From a virus (lineage: Duplodnaviria > Heunggongvirae > Uroviricota > Caudoviricetes): DNA of 6,502 bases. How positions within the stretch are numbered: position 1 is the first letter of the stretch; each line of letters opens with the position of its first letter. Location of the stretch: IMG/VR virus record IMGVR_UViG_2711768006_000011; one strand, 5' to 3'. Below are positions 1 through 6,002 of the stretch, piece after piece. Position numbers and translations under genes: made by a program. The notes beneath the pieces are model-generated. The model saw only the letters and a program-made list of their open reading frames with translations, was not told where the DNA came from and searched no databases.

Positions 1-84
1 TACAATCGTCAGCGTCGTCACTCTCGTCTGGGGAATATCTCCCCGGCAGCCTTCAGGGAAAAATATCATCAGATGGCTGCTTAA
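1..84 (+). CDS. IS3-family transposase (OrfB-like), C-terminal fragment; 5' part lies outside the window
   Basis: Open frame from the window edge to TAA at 82-84; conserved integrase-core C-terminal motif as above. Confidence 0.6.
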   Translation, partial: YNRQRRHSRLGNISPAAFREKYHQMAA

Positions 85-127
85 AAAAAGAACAAATGGT
101 AGTGTCCGCTATTGCCAGTACACCTCA
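1..127 (+). mobile_element. IS3-family insertion sequence, right end (partial; element continues beyond the window)
   Basis: Positions 1-127 are the exact reverse complement of 6376-6502. Frame 1 encodes a transposase C-terminus ending YNRQRRHSRLGNISPAAFREKYHQMAA with stop at 82-84, matching the YN..R.HS.LG..SP..F tail typical of rve/DDE integrase-core transposases. The terminus ends in CA at 126-127, and read inward the terminal sequence TGAGGTGTACTGGCAATAGCGGACAC resembles IS3-group inverted repeats. Exact IS identity not assigned. Confidence 0.65.
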
Positions 128-525
128 GGATAGCGGTCATGTGATGCCGGTTTCCCGGTAACTCAGCACCGGTATCTGAGTCAACGTTTTCTCTACTGGG
201 TCATTTCCGATACGCCCTGCCTGCTGACAGGCTTTCATCACATCTGAAAATATAGCACCCTGACTGATACTGTAGTACCTAAGGTTCCAGAAACTGTGAT
301 GTATCCGGCACAGAAAAGCCCCTCCGGAGAGGGCTGGAGAGTGGCGCTATGTGCCATTGCATGATGCCGGGTGCCTCCCGGTGAATTCAGTACCAGCACC
401 TGAATCCGCGATTATCCCATATACCTACTCGCTGATTGCCCCTCCGCACAGGGGGATTCACCATGCCAGTTTCTTTTAACAAACTCCCCGCAAAACAGAC
501 AACTGTCAACCGTCTGAATTGTGAG

Positions 526-651
526 NNNNNNNNNNNNNNNNNNNNNNNNNNNNNNNNNNNNNNNNNNNNNNNNNNNNNNNNNNNNNNNNNNNNNNNNNNN
601 NNNNNNNNNNNNNNNNNNNNNNNNNNNNNNNNNNNNNNNNNNNNNNNNNNN
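526..651. other. Run of 126 N (assembly gap or masked sequence)
   Basis: Uninterrupted n characters at 526-651; truncates the tRNA at 652-704 and any ORF entering from either side. Confidence 1.
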
Positions 652-704
652 CCAGCGACCTGGCGATTATGAGTCGCTCGCTCTCACCACTGAGCTAAAG
701 GGCC
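652..704 (-). tRNA. tRNA with CAU anticodon, ileX-like (tRNA-Ile2 or Met); 3' part (T arm and acceptor 3' strand) lost in the N run
   Basis: Minus strand reads GGCCCTT-TA-GCTC-AGTGGTGA-GAGC-G-AGCGA-CTCATAA-TCGCC-AGGTC-GCTGG: acceptor 5' strand, D arm, anticodon arm with CAT at 34-36, variable loop and T-stem 5' strand. Closely resembles E. coli ileX as I recall it. The 5' end is 40 nt downstream of the methyltransferase stop. Confidence 0.8.
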
Positions 705-744
705 GGGAGCCGCATAATAACGACGCGTAATTAATTCTTCAATA

Positions 745-1803
745 TCATCCGTTCTGGCTGACTAAATCCTGTACTTCCCGAACCGTCTGCTCAAAACGTT
801 CAGTCTCCAGCTCAACGCCAATTGCACGACGCCCGAGCGCCAGTGCCGCTTTCACTGTCGAACCCAACCCCATGAAAAAATCTGCAATCAGGTCACCCGG
901 ACGACTGCTAGCGCTGATTATCTGCTGCAGCATTTCTGCCGGTTTTTCGCACGGATGTTTCCCGGGATAGAACTGCACCGGTTTATGCGTCCACACATCG
1001 GTATACGGCACCTGCACCGTCACGCCAAAATACCGCCGCAGATGTTTATATTCACTCAGCAGCTCCGCATACTGCCGGTTCAGTGAGGTATACGTATCCA
1101 CCAGCTGGTGGTGGAGCTTTTCCAGTTCACCACGCCGATGCTTCTCTTCTGCCACCCGGGCAAACAGCGCCTGTAATTTCAGATAATCGCTTTCATTCGG
1201 CAACTGCCACTGACCGGCACTGAACCAGTGCGACACCATGTTTTTCTTTCCTGTGGCATCTGCAATCTGTTTTGCCGTTATCCCCAGGGCAGCTCGCGCA
1301 TCACGAAAGTAAGAAATCAGCGGGGCCATCACATGCTGTTTCAGTGCACTGCCCTTCGCCGCATACCCGGCATCTTTCGGACGATACGGCCCCTGATAAT
1401 GTTCCGCGAACAGAATGCGCTCTGTGGCGGGGAAATACGCCCGCAGGCTTTCCTTGTTGCATCCGTTCCAGCGTCCGGACGGCTTCGCCCAGATAATATG
1501 GTTCAGCACACTGAAGCGTTCACGCATCATGATTTCGATATCAGATGCCAGGCGATGACCACAGAACAGGTAAAGACTTCCGGCAGGTTTCAGCACCCGC
1601 CAGAACTGCGCCAGACACTGGTCCAGCCACTTCAGGTAATCATCGTCGCCCTTCCACTGGTTATCCCAGCCCTCAGGCTTCACTTTAAAGTACGGCGGGT
1701 CCGTGACTATCAGGTCAACAGAATTTTCGGGTAACGACCGGATAAATTCCAGGCAGTCGGCGTTGATTAACTCACAACTGGATATTTTTACAGTATTAAG
1801 CAT
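745..1803 (-). CDS. Orphan DNA N6-adenine methyltransferase, beta-class (motif IV DPPY near the N-terminus, motif I FxGxG-like FFMGLGST near the C-terminus)
   Basis: 352-aa ORF. LIVTDPPY at residues 31-38, a central insert with a helix-turn-helix-like stretch (ITAKQIADATGKKNMVSHWF), and PGDLIADFFMGLGST near the C-terminus. No restriction endonuclease gene is adjacent. Weak Shine-Dalgarno, so the start is probable rather than certain. N4-cytosine specificity cannot be excluded from sequence alone. Confidence 0.85.
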   Translation of the reverse strand: MLNTVKISSCELINADCLEFIRSLPENSVDLIVTDPPYFKVKPEGWDNQWKGDDDYLKWLDQCLAQFWRVLKPAGSLYLFCGHRLASDIEIMMRERFSVLNHIIWAKPSGRWNGCNKESLRAYFPATERILFAEHYQGPYRPKDAGYAAKGSALKQHVMAPLISYFRDARAALGITAKQIADATGKKNMVSHWFSAGQWQLPNESDYLKLQALFARVAEEKHRRGELEKLHHQLVDTYTSLNRQYAELLSEYKHLRRYFGVTVQVPYTDVWTHKPVQFYPGKHPCEKPAEMLQQIISASSRPGDLIADFFMGLGSTVKAALALGRRAIGVELETERFEQTVREVQDLVSQNG

Positions 1804-1835
1804 GGATCATTAAGCCTGTCTCTGATAGGCTCATT

Positions 1836-1854
1836 CTGCTTTTGCGCAAAGCAG
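1836..1854. promoter_or_regulatory. 19-bp near-perfect palindrome CTGCTTT-TGCGC-AAAGCAG in the methyltransferase leader; candidate operator or RNA hairpin
   Basis: 7-bp arms at 1836-1842 and 1848-1854 are exact reverse complements; about 30 bp upstream of the methyltransferase start. Confidence 0.35.
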
Positions 1855-1895
1855 TGGGCCTGAGGTTTGCTTGTGAACCCAACGCATGAGCAGAT

Positions 1896-1926
1896 GGCTG
1901 GTGGGTGCCCCTAACACCCACCAGCC
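1896..1926. repeat. Perfect 12-bp inverted repeat with 7-nt loop (GGCTGGTGGGTG / CACCCACCAGCC); each arm contains a Chi octamer, giving a convergent Chi pair
   Basis: Arms at 1896-1907 and 1915-1926 are exact reverse complements. GCTGGTGG at 1897-1904 on the plus strand and at 1918-1925 on the minus strand. Confidence 0.8.
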
Positions 1927-1940
1927 GCCCATTTACCACA

Positions 1941-1967
1941 AATAAAAAAGCCTTCACTGCGGAAGGC
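1941..1967 (-). terminator. Rho-independent terminator overlapping the stop codon of the 65-aa ORF
   Basis: Minus-strand RNA GCCUUC-CGCAGU-GAAGGC followed by UUUUUUAUU; 6-bp GC-rich stem plus U tract. Confidence 0.75.
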
Positions 1968-2151
1968 GTCTGTAACAACCGAACTGATAGTCTGCCAGAC
2001 CCGCCATAACCAGCTGGGTCAGTATTAACTGGCAGCGTTCGCGTGAAAGGTAAGTATTCTGCGCTATCTCCCCGACTGTCGCCGGTTCGGTAACGCTTAA
2101 TTCATTAAACACCACTCTGGCGGTTTCTGTCATATCCTGCTGTTTTAGCAT
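1954..2151 (-). CDS. Small putative winged-helix DNA-binding protein (PapI/FaeA-like pattern), 65 aa
   Basis: ATG at 2151 preceded by AAGGA. The segment TVGEIAQNTYLSRERCQLILTQLVMAGLAD resembles the recognition helix and wing region of PapI/FaeA-type regulators. Lies between two terminators downstream of the pR'-like promoter. The family call is a by-eye inference. Confidence 0.55.
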   Translation of the reverse strand: MLKQQDMTETARVVFNELSVTEPATVGEIAQNTYLSRERCQLILTQLVMAGLADYQFGCYRRLPQ

Positions 2152-2270
2152 GTCTTTTCCTTTTCCGGTTAACGTGACACACCAATAACTCTTGTCGAAA
2201 AAGCCAGCAAGCTGAAAGACAGGTATTCACCGCCACCAGCGCGTTTACTGTACTGACGCGATTTCAGTCA

Positions 2271-2295
2271 TAAAAAACCCGCTCGGCGGCGGGTT
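2271..2295 (-). terminator. tR'-like rho-independent terminator downstream of the late promoter
   Basis: Minus-strand RNA CCCGC-CGCCGA-GCGGG followed by UUUUUUAU, about 40-60 nt downstream of the predicted start site. Confidence 0.7.
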
Positions 2296-2342
2296 GTAGA
2301 AACTCTTCTAACGTCAGGCATAAAACGCCCATCGTTATAACG

Positions 2343-2370
2343 AATTTACCACAGATTCCGGAAAAATCAA
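2343..2370 (-). promoter_or_regulatory. pR'-like late promoter immediately after the Q-like gene (-35 TTGATT, 16-bp spacer, -10 TAAATT), followed by a second -10-like element TATAAC
   Basis: Minus strand TTGATT (2365-2370), 16 bp, TAAATT (2343-2348), starting 5 nt after the stop codon of the Q-like gene. The downstream TATAAC could be a sigma70 pause-inducing element of the kind Q proteins engage. Confidence 0.5.
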
Positions 2371-2375
2371 CCTTG

Positions 2376-3197
2376 TTACCTAGTTACCTTTTTTAACTGC
2401 CGCTCAGCCCATGCTTCTTCAATATCAAACCGGGTCACCAGCGCATCATAAAATTTCTTAACTGTTTTTTCCCATGACGCGCGTGTTATCTGGTTTGTCA
2501 CCTCGCATATAGCATTAAATGCCTCCGTTGATGGTAGTCTTTCATAGCCACGACCACCACAACGCTGGCAGTCTCTGATAACAGGCATACCACGTTTTAC
2601 CGACTCTTCACGATGAATGGCGACACCACGCCCACGGCAATCCTTACAGGCGGTGGAAACCTCACCCTTTCCGCCACACTCCGGACAGGCAACTTTTACC
2701 ACCTCCCTGACTTTTTTCCATTCTTCCCAGTAAGACGGATACACACCTTTCGTACACTTTGCCCATACCGGCGGCTTACCATCCGGATACTGGATCTTGT
2801 TTGTAAAAACCTCGCTTTCAATAAATTTTTTTCCGTGACAGCAGGGGCACTGTTTTTTGCTCGCCGCGCTACGGGCATAATCTTCAAACGCATACGAAGC
2901 CATAATACGCATCACTGCCGGTTTTATTTCTGCCGGGAGTTTTCTTAACGCCGCCACGCGATCACACCGACTGAGTGCATATTCTGTCAGCAATTCTGTT
3001 GCCCGCTCTCTGTCATTCATACTAATGCCCATTTTCCCAAGGAACGCAGAAACCCCCATCTCAGCCCGATTCTGTGTCATGCCCTGCGCGGCCATCACAT
3101 CAGTGATACTCAGCGCATCTTTCGACGTTGAGGCCGATGCATCAGTCAGGCCGGGGGATTTTGGGGAGTAGTATTTCGGTAAATCTTCCAGTTTCAT
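2376..3197 (-). CDS. Q-like late-gene antitermination protein with four CxxC zinc-knuckle motifs
   Basis: 273-aa ORF. Motifs CPCCHGKK, CPECGGKG, CKDCRGRG and CQRCGGRG. Start ATG overlaps the rusA stop (ATGA). Sits immediately upstream of the promoter and terminator cassette and downstream of rusA, the canonical lambdoid position for Q. Family assignment from memory of quuQ-type proteins. Confidence 0.7.
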   Translation of the reverse strand: MKLEDLPKYYSPKSPGLTDASASTSKDALSITDVMAAQGMTQNRAEMGVSAFLGKMGISMNDRERATELLTEYALSRCDRVAALRKLPAEIKPAVMRIMASYAFEDYARSAASKKQCPCCHGKKFIESEVFTNKIQYPDGKPPVWAKCTKGVYPSYWEEWKKVREVVKVACPECGGKGEVSTACKDCRGRGVAIHREESVKRGMPVIRDCQRCGGRGYERLPSTEAFNAICEVTNQITRASWEKTVKKFYDALVTRFDIEEAWAERQLKKVTR

Positions 3198-3574
3198 TTT
3201 TTGACCTGCCCTTCAAGCATTATGGGATAAATCTTCACCCCCAGACGTCCACCAGATACTGGCTGAGCACGAACGATATTGATTTCATCAAACTGCTCAT
3301 CGTCCATTAGCAACCCCGCATGCGTCAGCGCATCCAGCGGCGCTTTCAGAATATTGTCCAGGTCACGGCGGCGCTTATCCGGTGGTTCTGCAATAATTTT
3401 TATTGCCAACCTTCCGGACAGGCTTAATTTCAGCCGCTGCTGGCGAACAATAAGCGCCACTGCCCGGCGATAACGCTCCCCGGCTTTTGATACAAAATAT
3501 GTGCTGCCACGACGACGCCAGTAAGTGTTCACCGTCGGCGGGTAAGGTAAAACAAATTCTATGCGCTCGGTCAT
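3194..3574 (-). CDS. rusA: RusA-family Holliday junction resolvase (crossover junction endodeoxyribonuclease)
   Basis: 126 aa with the conserved RRRDLDN motif (KRRRDLDNILKAPLDAL) and RusA-like N-terminus (LPYPPTVNTYW). ATG directly follows the upstream stop (TAAATG). Confidence 0.9.
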   Translation of the reverse strand: MTERIEFVLPYPPTVNTYWRRRGSTYFVSKAGERYRRAVALIVRQQRLKLSLSGRLAIKIIAEPPDKRRRDLDNILKAPLDALTHAGLLMDDEQFDEINIVRAQPVSGGRLGVKIYPIMLEGQVKK

Positions 3575-4633
3575 TTATGCTTTCCACTTCAGAACACCCG
3601 AATTTCTCGCGTGCATTAAAAAACGAATCAGCAACAACAGCTGACTGCCGTGTTTCTCTTCAAAATCTTTTACTCCGGCATGTAGTTCGTTACGGCATTT
3701 ACGGCATAACGGAATAACAAACAAATCATCAGCCTTTGTTCCCATCCCTCCCAGTCCATGACCAATGATGTGATGCGGATCATCTGCCTGATTGCCACAC
3801 GTCATGCATTTCTGCGTTTTTACCCAGCGCGTGTATACAGGCATCTCTTCCCGTTGTGATTTCTGGCGCTGGAGATACTGAGCCGGTGACTCCGGATCAA
3901 CGGCAATGCTGACCACCGTCTTTTCCTGTGGTGGGTTCTGTTGCTGGTGGACGTGAGGCAGTAACGCAATATTTTTTGTGCGCTGCTTCAGTATGCTGGT
4001 GGCTGTCTGCTCTCCCGGTATGATGTCGCTTTCACTGTACACAGAGCGAATTTTTTCCGCACGCAACCCCAGCGAACGACGTAATACCGCTTCCGGTAGC
4101 GCGTCCGCCACCTGATTGCGGACCGCCCACCAGGATAATTCAGCCAGAGATAATTCACGCTCCTGCGTACCGCTTATTGCGTGACCGATGACGTCAATCA
4201 TCCATGCTGACAGGTTTTGATGAGCAAGTTGCTCGAGTGATTCGGATGTCTGGTCACGCAGCTGGTTGTCGCAGTGCCAGCACAACACCATTGCGCCGGT
4301 ACCATAACGGTGAATGACGGTTTCGCTGTGATGATAATCGCCGTGTGGCCACTGGCAGGATTTAATATGGCGCAACAGCCAGTCAGACAATGCACCAGCA
4401 CCACCAGCAGCACGAATCACCCGTGCGTTACTGAAAAACGGCAGCAATGTTTTGTCTTCCACCAGCGGCTGGCGAGCGGCAGGAACGACCCCGGACGGCA
4501 GATTACGCATGCTTTTTGGTTCCGGCTCCACCAGTATTCTGCCGTTATGGAATGCTGACATTGATTCACGGCCTGGCTTAACGATAACCAGACCGAGTTC
4601 CGGTACCAGAACAGGTCGAAGTAATACCCGCAC
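3575..4633 (-). CDS. DUF968 / YdfU-like prophage protein with C-terminal HNH-type nuclease motif
   Basis: 352-aa frame. C-terminal CMTCG...DPHHIIGHG...PLCRKCRNELH resembles an HNH zinc-finger nuclease signature. Start is probably GTG at 4633 (GGAGG 4 nt upstream); an alternative ATG at 4561 would give 328 aa. Confidence 0.65.
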   Translation of the reverse strand: MRVLLRPVLVPELGLVIVKPGRESMSAFHNGRILVEPEPKSMRNLPSGVVPAARQPLVEDKTLLPFFSNARVIRAAGGAGALSDWLLRHIKSCQWPHGDYHHSETVIHRYGTGAMVLCWHCDNQLRDQTSESLEQLAHQNLSAWMIDVIGHAISGTQERELSLAELSWWAVRNQVADALPEAVLRRSLGLRAEKIRSVYSESDIIPGEQTATSILKQRTKNIALLPHVHQQQNPPQEKTVVSIAVDPESPAQYLQRQKSQREEMPVYTRWVKTQKCMTCGNQADDPHHIIGHGLGGMGTKADDLFVIPLCRKCRNELHAGVKDFEEKHGSQLLLLIRFLMHARNSGVLKWKA

Positions 4634-4708
4634 ATTACCTCCAGATCCGTTGCTGGAATGTGCGGGACGGACGCGTTGGCCGTTCGGAGTAAGGGAGCCT
4701 GACGGAGA

Positions 4709-4990
4709 TTATCCAGTGACGGTAGTCGAGGCTAAGGGCTTTTTTAACCTCGCATCCGCGCCTGCGGTAACACTGAATGAGCCATTCGGCCTGTTCTTCA
4801 GTGCATGGGGGATGCTGGTACCAATCAGATTTAAATGCGTGAGAGCGCCGCCCGTGCCTGCTGGCAAAGACGGCTGAATTATCAGAATTGTGTAGTCTGG
4901 AAGGCAGTGGCTGACAATAGCGCCATTCTCAACGCGCACAGTATAGAGGCCATCTTCACTAAAAATTTCACGTAATTCTTCGATTTTCAT
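4709..4990 (-). CDS. Hypothetical small prophage protein (93 aa from the ATG)
   Basis: ATG at 4990 preceded by GGAAGGA; the ORF tool starts one codon earlier at TTG 4993. N-terminal half (MKIEELREIFSEDGLYTVRVENGAIVSHC) looks protein-like; the C-terminal half is low complexity, so the 3' boundary is uncertain. Confidence 0.5.
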   Translation of the reverse strand: MKIEELREIFSEDGLYTVRVENGAIVSHCLPDYTILIIQPSLPAGTGGALTHLNLIGTSIPHALKNRPNGSFSVTAGADARLKKPLASTTVTG

Positions 4991-5072
4991 CAACAGAATC
5001 CTTCCAGATAAATAGCACTCCCCTGTTCGGGGTCCATCCCTCTTCTCCCTGCGCGCTACTTAAGTATTTTTG

Positions 5073-5102
5073 ATTCTATTCCGGCACCATCTAAAACTTC
5101 AA
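5073..5102 (-). promoter_or_regulatory. Candidate sigma70 promoter for the 93-aa / DUF968 / rusA / Q gene string
   Basis: Minus strand TTGAAG (5097-5102), 18-bp spacer, TAGAAT (5073-5078), located between the hok terminator and the 93-aa ORF. By-eye match only. Confidence 0.3.
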
Positions 5103-5110
5103 ACGCGTTG

Positions 5111-5142
5111 AAAATAAAAACAAAAACCCGCCGAAGCGGGTT
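5111..5142 (-). terminator. Rho-independent terminator with UUCG tetraloop, 3' of hok
   Basis: Minus-strand RNA AACCCGC-UUCG-GCGGGUU followed by UUUGUUUUUAUUUUC. Confidence 0.85.
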
Positions 5143-5210
5143 AAGTGTGGGTGCATTGAGGATGCCTGCCCCATCAGAGGTGGCGAGGGATTTCTCCCCC
5201 GCCTGGTCTC

Positions 5211-5366
5211 TTACTCCTCAGGTTCGTAAGCTGTGAAGACAGCGACCTCCGTCTGGCCGGTTCGAATTCGTACCTCGCAGAGGTCTTTCCTCGTTACCAG
5301 TGCCGTCACTATGACGGTTAAACAGATGACGATCAGGGCGATTAACATCGCCTTTTGCTGCTTCAT
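5211..5366 (-). CDS. hokD: Hok/Gef-family type I toxin (HokD/RelF-like), 51 aa
   Basis: MKQQKAMLIALIVICLTVIVTALVTRKDLCEVRIRTGQTEVAVFTAYEPEE has the hydrophobic helix plus conserved RKDLCEV..R.G..EVA.F.AYE core. ATG at 5366 is preceded by AAGGAG at 9 nt. The tool frame extends in frame to ATG 5423 (70 aa), which I treat as an upstream in-frame extension, not the toxin start. Confidence 0.9.
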   Translation of the reverse strand: MKQQKAMLIALIVICLTVIVTALVTRKDLCEVRIRTGQTEVAVFTAYEPEE

Positions 5367-5542
5367 AGCCTGCTTCTCCTTGCCTTTCGGCACGTAAGAG
5401 GCTAACCTAGATTTGCCGTTCATAGATTGAGCCTCAGATTAATGTTAAGCGTCTTGCCGGACGCGTAATGTTAACTGGGGCTTTTCTCTATCTGCCTTTT
5501 GGTGTTCATGCCTGAGACAGATAGCCTCAAGCACCCGCTGCA

Positions 5543-5570
5543 ATTCTACTTAACTCTCCTTTTCCCGCAA
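5543..5570 (-). promoter_or_regulatory. Candidate promoter for the hok mRNA (-35 TTGCGG, 16-bp spacer, -10 TAGAAT)
   Basis: Minus strand TTGCGG (5565-5570), 16 bp, TAGAAT (5543-5548); would give a leader of about 170 nt before the hok start. By-eye match only. Confidence 0.3.
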
Positions 5571-5657
5571 ACCGTTTTTATCCCCAGCGGCAAATCGAAT
5601 ACACCACCAGCGCCACCGCCATCGCAATTCCTACCGTTGTTAATGCTTCAGGCCAGG

Positions 5658-6002
5658 TCATCGTAAAATATCCTCCACGCTTATCAGTCCGTTCCGCTCC
5701 AGATAACTCATCGCCTTATCCGGTAATTTGCAGTCTGGCTTCGCTTTCCTCAGTTGCCAGGTTAACTGCTTTACCAGCATGGTTAACTCATCGACCAGAC
5801 GCTGATATCCCACTGGTTTGTATTCATGCAATTTACCGGCTGGCTCTGCTGCCAGCGATACCAGTGCGATTTCCAGAACAGCAATATCCATCTTATATGT
5901 GCGGATGATGTCATGGTCGATTGTGCCCGGTATGCACAGTCTCTGTGCTTCAATAGTCTCCTCTGCGTGAGCTATTAACTGCTCTCTGGTAAAAGTCGTC
6001 AT
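5658..6002 (-). CDS. Hypothetical prophage protein, 114 aa; paralogous in its N-terminal half to the upstream 55-aa gene
   Basis: ATG at 6002 overlaps the upstream stop (ATGA). Begins MTTFTRE and contains [16 protein letters not shown], paralleling MTTITKE and [16 protein letters not shown] in the neighbour. Confidence 0.6.
   Translation of the reverse strand: MTTFTREQLIAHAEETIEAQRLCIPGTIDHDIIRTYKMDIAVLEIALVSLAAEPAGKLHEYKPVGYQRLVDELTMLVKQLTWQLRKAKPDCKLPDKAMSYLERNGLISVEDILR

Noticed and set aside
96-161. 22-codon plus-strand ORF starting inside the left IS end
   Set aside because: Mirror of the right-end chimeric ORF but stops after 12 non-IS codons; too short and no supporting signal.
128-525. 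Search for additional tRNA genes or toxin genes (for example stx) in the region left of the gap
   Set aside because: No canonical T-loop (GTTCRANYC) or cloverleaf found by eye on either strand and no long ORF; nothing supportable.
436-730. Plus-strand ORFs 436-672 and 521-730 that run through the N run
   Set aside because: Translations are mostly X; 521-730 would overlap the tRNA on the opposite strand. An ATG at 463 with a GGGGGA ribosome-binding site could start a short real gene, but this cannot be judged until the gap is filled.
1228-1734. Plus-strand ORFs of 168 aa (1228-1734) and 74 aa (1272-1496)
   Set aside because: Entirely antisense to the well-supported methyltransferase gene; no domain-like motifs.
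1796-1978. 60-aa minus-strand ORF
   Set aside because: Spans the terminator hairpin, the Chi palindrome and the methyltransferase start; the sequence is better explained as structured non-coding leader.
2613-2948. ORFs of 111 aa (plus strand) and 65 aa (2696-2893, minus strand) inside the Q-like gene
   Set aside because: Embedded in or out of frame with the Q-like CDS; composition looks like shadow ORFs.
3128-3717. Short ORFs at 3128-3310, 3279-3473, 3487-3717 (plus strand) and 3375-3587 (minus strand)
   Set aside because: All overlap the rusA or DUF968 coding regions in other frames or on the opposite strand; the RusA frame carries the conserved catalytic motif.
4198-4877. ORFs at 4198-4413 and 4417-4635 (minus strand), 4274-4558 and 4452-4877 (plus strand)
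   Set aside because: Alternative-frame or antisense overlaps of the DUF968 and 93-aa genes; Cys, Trp and Arg-rich low-complexity translations typical of spurious frames.
5211-5423. 70-aa version of the hok ORF starting at ATG 5423
   Set aside because: The conserved Hok toxin corresponds to the 51-aa product from ATG 5366 with the AAGGAG ribosome-binding site; the longer frame is kept only as a possible in-frame upstream extension.
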